From Atractiella rhizophila (Eukaryota): a stretch of 64,000 nt of DNA. This document shows positions 13,660-26,037 of the stretch, one piece after another. The stretch lies in assembly GCA_021432655.1 (NCBI GenBank), contig MU271210.1, positions 77,641 to 141,640 on the forward strand, in the 5' to 3' direction. Made by a program: the position numbers and the translations under genes. Numbering within the stretch: the stretch's first letter is position 1; every line of letters starts with the position of its first letter. The notes below the pieces were generated by a model. That model ran no database searches, was not told the DNA's origin, and saw nothing but the letters and a program-made list of their open reading frames with translations.

Positions 13660-16327
13660 TCACCCTCTCCCTCCAAACCATCCTCCTAATCTCCCGAGCA
13701 TTCCCATAAATCCTGCTCCTTGATCCTGTCCTGCTGCATCGCCTCCCTCATCATTACTTTCATCGCTGACCTCAAAGCCCCCAGGAACCTCTCCTCTCCC
13801 CCTCGCACGCTCAGCAACAGCCGCGCCATGTTCTCTTCCCTCCACACCCATCCTCTCCAACTCCTCTCTAATTCTGGCCAGAGTCTCTTCATCTACTCCA
13901 TCTAACCCTTCCTGCTCTTGCAAAAACTCTTCCAACCTCCTCCTCACCACATTTTGGATTCTCTCAATGGTCCTCGACCCTCCCCTCCTCGCACCCGAAG
14001 CGAAAACCGAAGAGAAGTAATCGTCATCGTAGGTACGCGCATCTGGAGGCGGGAGAGGATCAAAGGAGAAAGAGGAGGAGGAGAGTACTGAAGAGGGGAG
14101 GAAGGAGCGGATGGTAGGTATGTCAGATACGAAAGCGTTTCGAATTATTCCTCCAGGCACGCTGTCTTTGGGGAATCCTTCCTCACCATCCACTAGCTTT
14201 TGGCCAAAGATGACATCTGGATGTGTCTTGTCGTCAATGTGGTGGGCGGCTGCGGACGCCATATCTTGCAGGAATTGAAGAGAGTCGGCCTCTTTCCATA
14301 ACGGTTCTGAGCGCTGGACGTAAAGATAGGCCATAAGGTGCATCGGGTATATAGGTATTGGGCTTTGAACGAAGCGCCGAGTCAGAGAAGACGGTCATAT
14401 TAGAGGAGATATAAGGAGAAGCATACGTATAACGGCTTTCGACATGAGAGCGAGCGTTTTGTGTGACTAGTGGAGGGAGGGAAAATCCGAGTTTGCTGGA
14501 TAACAGCTTGAGGACGAATGGGAACTTTAGAATCGCTGATATAAGGAGCTTCTTGCTCTCCTCTGGCTCCTACGTCAAGCATCAGATATGTAATCGACGT
14601 CGTCGGTAGTCAAACCTTCTTGGCTTCCCTCTCAAGGTGAAACGTAGCCAGCGCAACGCCGAAAGCCATCCCTCTAGATTGATCAACACGTTTACAGTGA
14701 GAAGCACAAGGTATAGACGACATACGGAAAGAACTGAAGGCCCAGCACATGGCCGTACCCGACTCGTTCTTGGTGTGCAATTTGAGCTTTCGGCAGCTCT
14801 TCTGCAAGATTGATCAGGTATTGATACTGCCGTGCCTTCACTGCCACTGCACGCAGTCATCTTCAGTTTTATGCCAGAAAAGCCGAATGTGCTCACAAAA
14901 ATCAATATGTAGTAATGCGCCATAGGGGTCATTATATGGATCCATCGAAAGGAGGAGTTTGCACCACTCTATATCCCCTTCATCAGCCAAAACAAGGAAG
15001 GGAAGCAGTAACTGACCAAAAGCTGTTCTCCACGTTCCTCTCTTAGCGCAGATCTCGATCTTCTTCTGGGCAGCCTTGAAGAATCCTCTGTTCTCGATGT
15101 CCTCAAATACTAGTCTGCTTGTGCCCGTCGAGAAATTGAAACTCGGGAGACTTGCAGACTCGAATGCATGCAATGCTTTTGCGAGGAAGGACGCTTGGAG
15201 GCCGGGGTCACCTTGTTGAGCTCCTACTTCGGAGAGTTGCAGAAGAGTGTCTGTGTGGTAGGGGTAGATGGAAAGAATTCCCATCAGGCGATTCGGGTCC
15301 ATCGAGGAGACTGCCTCAAGGAATAAATACGTCGTCCTGCGCAATACAACCGGAGAAGAGTTTTAAGAATTATTTAAAGGAAATGTAAAATGACGGACTC
15401 TCGATACGCCTTCGAATGCACAAATGAGAACCATGTCTCTCCGCCATCAGCCGCGACGACCTCCATATCGAGTCCAGTTTTGACCCTGTGGAATGGAGGC
15501 CATCCTGCTTCTGGTTTTGCAAGATTGAGGCGTGAAGAGTGAACTGCGCGATGATGCACATTGTTCGCTATCCGAGGATGGTTCCCAAGCGCGGTTGAGG
15601 GCTGAACAGTCGCCACAACACCTTTCCCAAAAATTCGACGGAGCTCGGCATCGGAATCGAGGAATTGTGCTTGGACAGAAAGCAAAGAACGGAAGGCCGT
15701 GGAAAGGACGACGGGTGGAAGGGATGGCTTGGAAGTCGATGTGGTTGAGGGTTTCGTACTATTCCTCGTTCTCAGCCTAAAACATTCTGCGACAGGAAAT
15801 GAGGCCATACTCAGTGGCTGCAAGCTCCTTGAGTGCTCGGTCAATCTCATCCAATCCTTCATCTTCGTCCACCTTGCTTGCTGTGTCTTTCTTCACTTTT
15901 CCTTTCTTCTTCTTCGGCTTTGTAGCACCGCCAACTGGAGGTGTATCCACAGTCGCAGGTGTAGAAGGATCTTCTCCCGCCCCTCCTGAAGACGAAACGG
16001 CAGGTTTCTTCTTCTTCTTCTTCTTTTTCTGTGTGAACATTTTCAGCACCATGATTCGAGTTTCGAGCCGAAACGGAGCGCACTCTGGATGTCGATTTTG
16101 CTGCTGGTTCAGGATCCTCCTCCTCCTCCTCTTCGCTCGTACCTTCGTTCAACTATGCAAAGACGCCATGTAAGCACGATAGATGTGTTAAGAAAGAGAT
16201 GGACCATGGCGAATTTCGAACTCGAAGCCACTTGCACCTCCTTTTCGGAAGACTCGGAACCCAGCTCTCCTCCCAACAGCTCCAAGTCATTCTTTTCCCT
16301 CAACTGGCGTTTGGACAGTCGAACCAT
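13660..16327 (-). CDS. RQC1: Ribosome quality control protein Rqc1 / TCF25 homolog
   Basis: Acidic then poly-Lys N-terminus; FLDSDAELRRIFG, LSIYPYHTDTLLQLSEV, ENRGFF, KRGTWRTAFEWCKLLLSMDPYNDPYGALLHIDF and LYVQRSEPLWK are TCF25-family motifs. Confidence 0.88.
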
Positions 16328-16559
16328 CTTTGTGTCTACGTCTCAGTTACCTCCTGCACTAATGGATCGTTGTTTATGCGTTCATGATCATGATCGAACC
16401 TGACTTTCACGAGTCACGAAAATCTCTCTTTCTTATTTCTAACCACCACCAAAGAAGCTTGCTGCCACATTTATTTTGTTATTATCCTAGCTAGACACTT
16501 GCCACACCTCCTAGCACCATCCCAAGGATCTCACCAGCATCTTATTGCCTTTTTTCACG

Positions 16560-16745
16560 ATGTCAGGCCGCGCACTCCCTGGAGCCCCTTCTGCCACTCC
16601 TTCCATCGCCGACAACCTTCGACGAGAATGGGCAGACCCAGAGTCAAGAGCAACTTGGAAACAAGCATTCACCGCGTTCGGAGTGTTTGCAGGCTCAATA
16701 TTTCTTATAAGGACCGTGGGAGAGCTGTTCGTGCCGGAGATGTAG
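16560..16745 (+). CDS. 61-aa tail-anchored microprotein, probable mitochondrial import receptor subunit Tom6
   Basis: Single-exon ORF from ATG 16560 with one C-terminal hydrophobic segment (AFTAFGVFAGSIFLIRTVGELFVP) resembling fungal Tom6 in size and layout; divergent from RQC1. Confidence 0.55.
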   Translation: MSGRALPGAPSATPSIADNLRREWADPESRATWKQAFTAFGVFAGSIFLIRTVGELFVPEM

Positions 16746-17976
16746 AGTAGGTGATGTTGGGGAGGTGAGCGTCCCTTTCTTCGTTTTGAATTGAAAGTTG
16801 AGTGGACTGTGGTTTTGTAGAGGCGGCTGTGTGGTCTTGGTGTGAGGGTGTGTGACCTTCAAGAGTTGAGCGGAGTAGCAGTTTATAGCACAGTAGTAGC
16901 GACATAATGGTCTAAAATGTACATGCCTCCTTGCCCTCTCCATCTGCTTTGGTGCTGCACTGCATGCATCTCTGTGTGCCGAAGAGTGGTCTATGCATTT
17001 AGCTCTTTGCAAGATTATTCGACGATGTCCACGTGTACATGTGCATCATCTCCTCCTCCTCTGGTTTGTAGAATCAAAATCTTCCTGCTGGATCAAGTTG
17101 TCTCCTCGTCATGCTCGATCGCCTTGCATATCAAATGAGCTCTGCTAGACTGTTTGTCCGGCGCGTCTGAACCACACTCCTGCGGAATTGCGGCGCGATT
17201 ATTCCCTCGTCAAAGGAATAGTCATGCATCCCTCTTCTATGTATCATGGAGATTGTGCATGTTCTGCCGTCAAGGCTGGCGGTCCGATCTGGGCCTTGTA
17301 TCGGAATGTCTTAAGTGTACACTAGTCGTTCTTTTTGACGTTCGAGGCTGCAGGACAGGACCGCGTTTGGTCGTTGAGCAAACTATTTGCACGTGGTATC
17401 ATCCAGGTTCACAAACGACGATCTGCCTCCCGTTAGTCTGTCATGACATCTAATAAGTTCGTCGTACGCGTGACTCTGTGACCTGTAAGGGCTGCAGCTG
17501 CTGACCTCAGTCCAGCTTGCGTCTTGTCCGCCCCACCGCCTTCATTCCTGGACCGTAGAACCCGCCATCTCATGTGCTCGACTCAAGGCGCGACGGCGTC
17601 TACGGGTAGGACCGTCATGGGATTGGTGAGGGGCTGCAGTATAAACGGACCGCTACAGCTGGCAATACATCTACCGACAAGCCAGCTAGTCTCCCCGCCT
17701 GTCGCTTCCCTTCCGCTTAACGAGCACGCAACGGAAAGGTGTCACGGATACTAACGTTTCAGCGGGTATCGTCCTCTCACGCCCACGGCTAGAAATGCTC
17801 CTTCACACTTCGTTCTTTGTCGCCATGGTGTGGGACTCAACGCTAGTCGGTCCGTTTCGAGCGTATCTGTTGATGTGTACCTGCTCAGATGGCAAATCAC
17901 CAGCGTATAAAAGATCGTGATCCTACCTCGTTGCAAGTTCAGGTCAATCCAAGGAAACACTCAAAACGTTATCAAG

Positions 17977-19366
17977 ATGATGTTCAACTCTCAAACCGCT
18001 GCTGCGACCCTTGCATACTTTGCCCTGACGGTCAGCGCCACGCCGTGAGCTTTCCTTCACGACAATAATTCGCCATAGGTAGAGATATTCATTGACTTAA
18101 CCCAAAGGCTGGAGAAGCGCACTGCTTCGAGCACCTTCCCGACCCCGCCGACGACCTCCCATCTGAGTGCTCCTATTACTGTCGCAGCCGGGACGACATT
18201 CACCCCTCCTACCGCTTACACTAGATATGATCGAGGATCCGGAGCTTGTAATGGTCAAGCTGAAGGAGGAGATTCCGACGCTGTCTTCTTGATCGAACAG
18301 GGAGGAACGCTCAGCCGCGTTGTCATTGGCGCCGACCAATCTGAGGGAGTTCATTGTTTGGGTATGCTTTGATTTCTGCCACTCTGTGCTCGAGTTGTAC
18401 TGAGTGGACATTCAGGCGACTGCACTCTCGACCATGTTTACTTCGAGGCATGTTTCCTCTTTGCCGCAAGACAAACTAGTTAAAGTTTCGTGCCAAGGAT
18501 GTCTGCGAAGATGCCATCACCATCAAAGGCTCAGGCACCTCCCGCATTAACTACGGTGGAGTAAGTTCTCCATCATCATCCTAGACGCAAACACTGATGT
18601 TCTCCCAAAGGCCAAGCATGCAGACGACAAAAGTACGCCAGGACACCCTGCGACTGACTCTGACATTTCGGCTAGTTGTGCAACACAACGGGGCGGGCAC
18701 TGTCATTATTAATTCATTTTATGCGGAGGACTTTGGAAAGGTTTACAGAAGCGTACGTGTTCTCCCTTATCGGCGGTGTTCTTTCTGAAGTAGAGCTTTA
18801 GTGCGGTAATTGTGGAACGCAACATACTCGTCACGTCGAGATCAACGATGGATGGTGTAAGGATCCCTCCCCCTCACTTAATATCCTCCCTCCACCCATC
18901 AGGATAAAGAGCTAATGATTCGTCCTTTCGTACCGATCAATTAGTCGTTGATGGTTTGTGCCCAACTTCGCCTCCGGATGTACTTCTGCTCATCTCCCTT
19001 CTAGGTTCTGTTGTCGCCGGAATAAACACCAATTATGGAGACACTGCCAAAATCAGGACGACTTCAGTGGACGATGTGACCACAATTTGCCAAAAGTGTG
19101 AGTCTTCTTCATTTATGTTCTTTTTTTTTCTTGCTCACAAATAACTAGATATTGGAAACGACGTGAGACTGCTCTTTAGCGCTGACATACCATATGCTCG
19201 CACTGACACTGGATGAAGGACGGAGACGAGCCCACCAAGAACGGATCAGGACCAGACAGCACTGTACGCTTTTCCTCTTCCCTCAGTCTCCTTGTCCCTT
19301 GTCTGATTCATGGATGGATTATTGCAGTACTGCCTCTACTCCACCTCCGATATCACGAATCTCTGA
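17977..19366 (+). CDS. Secreted pectate lyase, polysaccharide lyase family 3 (about 12 short exons)
   Basis: Signal peptide [21 protein letters not shown]; spliced [63 protein letters not shown] and [10 protein letters not shown]. Largely invisible in the ORF track. Confidence 0.93.
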
Positions 19367-19845
19367 AAAACGAGCTGTAAAAACGGACGTTGGAGGGCTG
19401 GGGAGAAATTGTATTCAAACAATGTGAACGTGAAATAGCGATGTCGTTTGACTGTGTCAATCTTGTATCGTGCCACTTAGATTCCCTCGATCTGCTCTGG
19501 AGCGTTTCGCTCAAGCTGCAGATGCTCCGACGCTTCTTAAGTCATTTCAAATAAATTTTCACCTCCACAATACAATGGTTACTAGGAAAGCGTTGAGAAA
19601 CCTAATAGCATTCGCGACACTCCTTTGTCACTTCAGCATCTGGAGAATGTAATTTTACCGCGTACAGCACAGGCCTCCAGCGGCGCGTTTGCCCCAGATT
19701 TCCATTCCAACAAACCAACAAGAAGAGAGTGAAAACGTATGTCCTCCTGGAAACTCAGGTAGTCATGGAGCCATAAAAGGGTTCTCGTCTTTCAAGTTGA
19801 TGGCCTATGACCCAGAGGTCAAATACATTTTCTAAGTGCGCCAAA

Positions 19846-22182
19846 ATGCTTCCGCGTCGCTCAGCTCGCCAAAAAGCAGCATTAGCAGCAGAACCTGCGC
19901 AAGAGGTACCAGCTACTCCACCTCCGAAGATGGCGCGAGGAAAGAAGCGAGCGCGGTCCCCTTCAGACGACGAAGGCGGAGCTGGAGCGGACCAGCCAGC
20001 GAAGAAAGCACAAGCTGTGGGCGATGGAACGCCCCGGAGAAAGGATGGGACTGCGTTCATCGTGCCTGTGGATCCTTCTTTCGGGAATGCACTTGGAATG
20101 CAGGTATATGTAGATGGGAAGGGAGAAGTATACGACGGTCCGTAGATTCTTTGCTATCTGCAAGAGAAGGAATGCTAATTGCTTCTGAACCAGCGGTGCT
20201 GAATCAGACTAATGCCGGGACGGGGAGCAATAATAATAAGTTTTACGTCCTCCAACTACTCCATCCGAAAGGCGACACAAGTAAAGTTACCCTCTTCAAG
20301 AAATGGGGGCGAGTGGGAGAGGACGGTGCCAACCAAGTGCGCAGTTCCTTTCTTTTGAACAGCTTACTCTTCGTTGACAAGAGCAACATAAAGATGAAGG
20401 GACCATGGGATAGTGATCAAGCAGTCAAAGAATTCCACAAGCAGTTCAGGCGTAAGACTGCTACAGACTTTGCTGATCGAAAGAGGATGGTCCCGAAGAC
20501 TGGTTTGCTTCCATTCGTAAACTATTCCTCCACATTCACGCGATAGGCAGGAAAGTATACGTGGCTTGAAAGGGAGTATGAGAATGAAGGTGCTACGAAC
20601 GCAGTCTCCCCCAGCAAGAAAAGAGTAAATCTTGAAGACATTATCATTCCTGACAGCACTCTTCCGGTCGATGTCCAGGATCTCATGCGCTTCATTTTTG
20701 ATAACTCACACGTAATTGCCACCCTCCAAGCATTAAATTACGACGCCAACAAACTTCCCCTCGGTAAATTGGGAGAATCGACCATCACCGATGGTTTTCA
20801 AGCACTAAAAGATTTGGCAGAAGTAATTGAAAGCCCAAATGGGGAGAGGAGCAAGAGCCTGGGAGGTTTTGAGAATGCAACGAGGCATCTGACGAGTAGA
20901 TTTTACACTGTTATTCCACACGCCTTTGGAAGAAGAATGCCCCGTATCATCAACAGTCGCCTCAAGGTCATTTACGTGAGCATCCTCCTTTGCTGTTTTT
21001 CGACGGTGACAATATGCAGGAAATTGACCTTCTTGACTCGCTGAGCGATATGGAAATCGCCACGAAGATCAGGCTCTCCCCTATCCCAAAAGATAGAGCT
21101 GGAAATCTCATCAATCTGGTTGATGCTCAATTCACATCTCTTGGATTAGACGAGTTGAATCTTGTCGATCCCAGAAGCAACGAATTCAAGACGATTGACA
21201 AGTATGCTCACGATACGAACGAAGGATTGGGATACCAAACTGTTAAACAGGGAATGAACTTAGGTCGTGTTTTCAGAGTTGAAAGGTAATATTTCCGCTA
21301 GACGCTCCTATTTAATGCTGATTTGTCGGATTAGGAAAGGAGAACTAGATCGTTTTGAGAGTGGTGGGTGGAATGACTTCGAGGGCGAACGAATGGTATG
21401 TTAGATATTCCTACGTGAAAATATTCCTACGTGAAATGTCTCCTGAGGCTAACATTCGTTTCAGCTCCTGTGGCATGGGTCAAAGTAAGTATCCCTCTTT
21501 CCTGTCGTTCTGCTGTACTGAACCACAAAAGAACTGTGAATTATGTGGGTATCTTGAGCAGTGGTCTTCGAATTGCTCCACCCGAAGCTCCACACTCAGG
21601 TTACGAGTTCGGAAAGGTGCAGCATTTTCTGTTTCTCTCAGCACCGGAAATCTGCCCAGCTGAAAGTCAGGGTGTTTATTTCGGCGACATGTTTGCGATC
21701 GCAGCAAACTATACTGATTTCCATCTCTCAAACAATATCGGTATCCTTCTTCTGTGCGAGGTCGTGGCAAGCCCGTTCCACGAGGCTTATGAGATGGATT
21801 TTCAGGCCGACGAAACAAGCAAGCGGAACCAAAAGATGTATGTCTGGCTTATGTTTGGGCTCTCGCTTCTAACCTGTCGTTGCAATAGTGCGACGAAAGG
21901 AATGGGAAAGTTACAGCATGAGCATTGGATGGATGCAGGTGTTGCTTTGGGAAGAGAGGACATGAAAGGTTGCATGATGCCTAGTGGAAAGGCAAAAGAC
22001 ATGTCTCCCAGCTTTCCGGGTACTTTAACAAAGAAGGAGGACTGTTGGAATGAGGTACGTTTCCCGTCTCGCGGATTCAGACCAATGAATTTGCCTTTCA
22101 GTACATCATCTACAATGTTTCGCAAGTCAAAATTCGGTATTTGCTCCAAGTCCACTTTGAGTCGCCCGATGTGATTGTGTAA
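19846..22182 (+). CDS. Poly(ADP-ribose) polymerase family protein, copy A (WGR + regulatory helical + catalytic domain)
   Basis: LNQTN...NNNKFYVLQLL...KWGRVGE (WGR); [11 protein letters not shown] and [11 protein letters not shown] (regulatory); [26 protein letters not shown] and [17 protein letters not shown] (catalytic). The splice junctions I traced keep frame. Confidence 0.95.
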
Positions 22183-22245
22183 GAAGAAGCTTGAATTGAA
22201 TTTGGTAAATGGACAAGGAATATGCGACAAATATCGTCTATTTTC

Positions 22246-23843
22246 TTAAAGTCTATTTCGTTGGCATCGCACGCATGCCAGCATTTGACAGCTGAGGCAT
22301 CGCTAAGAAAGAAAGACATAATCAGCCGAGATTCTTGGAAGAGCTGTTTTCCTCACGAGAAGATAACGATCCAGGTACTTTGAGCAGCTCTGACAGTTTC
22401 CTCCCCCGTGCCGAAGACACCACGAAACATGTGCACACTCATGGTTCGTTCGGAGTCTCGCAGCCGCTTCTCGCACCCTTGCACCATACCGAACATTAAA
22501 TGCATCGTGGATAGCATTCTGCTGCTGAAGTTGACGTTGAGGGACGACTGGACGAAAGGGATCCATGCCAAGTTCAACTCGAACCTGTTCTTCTGCCCTT
22601 TCCAGGAGGCGGGTTTCATCCCATTGCGGACATTGACAAGTCTTCCATTGCTCTCCACAGACGTAACAAAATTCATGTTTGCAAAAGCAAGTCCTGCAGC
22701 CTATTCAACAACCTGCACGTAGCAGACATAGACGTAACGCACATGTGGTAACAACCTGTGTGAAGCTCCACCATTCTTTTGCACCTATGGCAGCGTTGCC
22801 ATTTCTCGTCTGAAGCAACCTTCAGAAACTCTTCTTCGCTTTCATCTGTAGAACAGCGGCTAAAAGGATGCCACTTGGACTTGCAGTGGGCACAGACATT
22901 TTGCCCACAGATCGCACAAGCTCGTCGTTCTTTGTGCTCACTTGCACTTCCAAGGAATCGAGAACATCGAGGATCTGGACAGTACAGTCGGTTCTGCGTT
23001 TGGTGCTCCTCCAGCTTCCGTTCGTATGCTGAAAACTGATTGGCCGATAGGTGCTTTTTGAGGGACGACGTCGGCATTTCTCGATTGCAACATCGCACGG
23101 GGAGAAGGCTTTCGTCTTTCATCGCTTCGTTCACCAGCTTAAAAAAACAAGTACGGTCGTAGTGGCTTTATGACGCATTACTCACGACGATATTGCGCAG
23201 GAATCTGGAGAAACGTACTGCGCACAAGGAAACTGGACTGCTAGACTCTCCCGCACAGGATCTGTGCAGATGACACAGTCCACCGTCCTGTATAGTACGG
23301 TCAGTGAGCAGAAAAGTCTCGTCAAAAGTTGACACACGGTTCAGGAGCGAGCACAGTGCGATTTGGAGAGACAAAGGTGTGGCCAATATCGACGGGTGTT
23401 GACGATCCAGATGAAGCGGGAGAGGGTCGAAGGTGTGCGCTAGAGACACTTGTCGCAATAGACGTAGCAGAAGCACGCGAAGATCGGCTTCCTCTACTGG
23501 ATGGCCTCGATGCACGAGCATTTTCATGGAGACTCAACGCGAAGAGGCGATCTGCAGCAGCCTGACTTTCTTCCTTTTCCAGTTGCTCGAGGAGCTGGGC
23601 ATCTGTCACTGATGCTTGATGGAGGCTCAATGCAAAGTTATGATCATGGAAATCGGAAAGACGGCAGCGAAGGGACGCCTCGTAGAGCTCGAGAGCTAGT
23701 TCCTCATCGGTTGGAGGTACCCGTCTAGTTCGCTTTCTTTCGGGCTTTTCTCTAAGCTCCACTATGTCTTGAAGATGAGAAGTGATAAGCGCAAGTTCGA
23801 GTTCCGACAAGGCAGGCTTGTCATTGCCATACGGAGTATCCAT
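22246..23843 (-). CDS. RBR (RING-IBR-RING) E3 ubiquitin ligase, copy A
   Basis: RING1 CVIC...FPC.HYDRTC...DESLLPVRCC; IBR RLYCPDPRCSRFLG...CAICGQNVCAHCKSKWH; RING2 WQRCHRCKRMVELHTGCYHMTC.CKHEFCYVCG; C-terminal Cys cluster ending CVRCQRNRL. Confidence 0.92.
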
Positions 23844-24457
23844 GGGCTCTATCCCTCGATTTAATCACAGGTTGTTTTGGTAGCATTCGCTCACTTCTCT
23901 TATGGGCACAGAACACGTCTGTCGCGTCTGTGGCTCATGGTGCGCCAGCTATGCGCTGCCTTCTTTCTGTAACTATTCAATCATTCAAGGATAATCAACA
24001 CTCACAATAACTCTGAAGCGTGTCCTCAATGGTAACGTAAGCTCCAGAACAACTTCAAGTTGAAATTGAAACGCTTTCACATGCGAGAAGATTGTTGACG
24101 TGAAGGCCTCTCAGATAGAAGTTAAGCACGAGTGGTTTCCAGTCACACCAATAGTAGATCGTCAGCTTGACATCCCTCAACGTACTGATAACAAAGGGTG
24201 CAGTCACCAAATAAATGGATACCAGAATCAAGGCTAGTACATGAGTCATGGTTCCTATTTCCTTCAGCAGAGTTGCTTGCCTGACCTCCTACAACAAACA
24301 ACAACGATTCAAACCAGATTCGGGTTCATTAATTTACAGCTCCAAGGTATTTAGTTTGAATATATTCACGAAAGCTCTGCGAAATAATGCTGAAATAGTG
24401 CGGATAACAGTCCAGAACACTTTCAAACAATATCCTTCAGTCGTCCCTGTTCTTGAG

Positions 24458-26037
24458 ATGAGCTTGAGATTAGACTTCTCCAATCGGCGGGAGGACGAGC
24501 GCTTGACTGAGATTGAGTTGGAGACTATTGATTGTCACCTCAAAGATATAGAAGAAATTAGGAAGATGGGATCCACTAAGAAAAGACGTCGTCACAACTG
24601 TGGAGACGAGGACGAGGACGAGAACTTCGCACTCAATCTTTACGAGGCGACGTTACAGTCTCGTTTGACTTATCATCGTGACCACGCAATGGCTTCTAGT
24701 TTGAAGATGGCATCTACCCTTGATGAAAAGCTTTTGGATCGAATGGAGAAGGAAGAGCATCAAGCTCTGATGGACCGACAATATGCGCTGACCATTTCCA
24801 AATATCTGAATTCGGTACCTCCTGGAAAGAGCTGTTTCGACGCTACCTTCTTAAACTCAAAATCTGGACTAGGCAAGCATCTCGACAGTGGGACGGCGCG
24901 TCAATACGTAAACGCAACCTCAACCCAACAGTCTCGACCTGAACAGTGCGCGCTTTACCAATCTTTAGTAGTAGGCAGGGTTGATGGCAAAATTAGGGAT
25001 GTAAAATGCGTAGCTTGCATCGAGACTATTCGCAAAAGCCAGGCAGTTCAGTTTCCTTGCAGCCAGTAACGCCCCCGTCAGTAAATGAAAACGATCTGAT
25101 CCTGTCCTTCTAGCTACTATGATCGACAATGTTTTAACGACCTTTTCGCTGCTTGTCTCAAAGACGAAAGTCTCCTCCCTCTTCGCTGCTGCAATCAAGC
25201 TATGCTGCGAGACGAAATCCAGCAACACGTCATGCCCGAGCAATTTCGCCAGTATGAAAGCAAACTCTTGGAGCACGATACGACAAATCGACTGTACTGT
25301 GCTAATCCGAAATGTTCTACCTTCTTAGGCACCGCGAGCGGCCAGAAGGAAAGACGCGGTTGCGTAACATGTGGACAGCAGGTTTGTGCACGTTGTAAGG
25401 CTGCCTGGACCATGTTCCACTTTTGCGTCCAGGACGAGCAGGAAGCGGTTCTGTTGAAAATTGCCAATGAAGAAAAGTGGAAGCGATGTCAGAAATGTTA
25501 TCGCATGGTGGAGCTCCAGACTGGTTGCTACCACATGTTCGTTTTTCCCGGCAGTCCAGCGATGGCAGTACACTGACTTATAAAGGGGGGTAGGACTTGT
25601 CTGTGTAAGAATGAGTTTTGCTACCACTGTGGGAGTCGATGGGGAACTTGTCACTGTCCCCTTTGGAGCGAAGACAGACTTGTAGAAAGGGCAGAAGAGC
25701 AAGTGCGAGTGCAAAGAGCGAGGGATCGGGATCCAACTCCTCAACCTCAGCCACATGCCGAATTCGAACAACATCAAAGGCAGGCGTCCGTCGAGACGGC
25801 GGGATGGGATGAGGAAGTGCAGCAAGCGGCGGATAGGTTGAGGGCCAATGAAGATTGTCAGCACCAACAATGGAGGATGATCTATGGCGAAAGGAGGTGC
25901 CAGAGCTGTGAACGCCACATGCCTAATTATCTGTTGGTAAGTTTTGCGGTTTCACAAAGACGATTTTGACTGCCGCGCAGATTTGTTCAGGCTGCCAGTT
26001 TCTGGCGTGTGTTAGGTGTCAGCGAAATCGCCTTTAA
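24458..26037 (+). CDS. RBR E3 ubiquitin ligase, copy B (paralog, divergently transcribed from copy A)
   Basis: CVAC...FPCSH.YDRQC...DESLLPLRCC; RLYCANPKCSTFLG; WKRCQKCYRMVELQTGCYHMTCLCKNEFCYHCG; same C-terminal CVRCQRNRL and matching intron positions as copy A. Confidence 0.92.

Noticed and set aside
21405..21436. 16-bp tandem repeat ATATTCCTACGTGAAA x2
   Set aside because: Lies within a PARP-A intron; simple slippage duplication with no coding effect.
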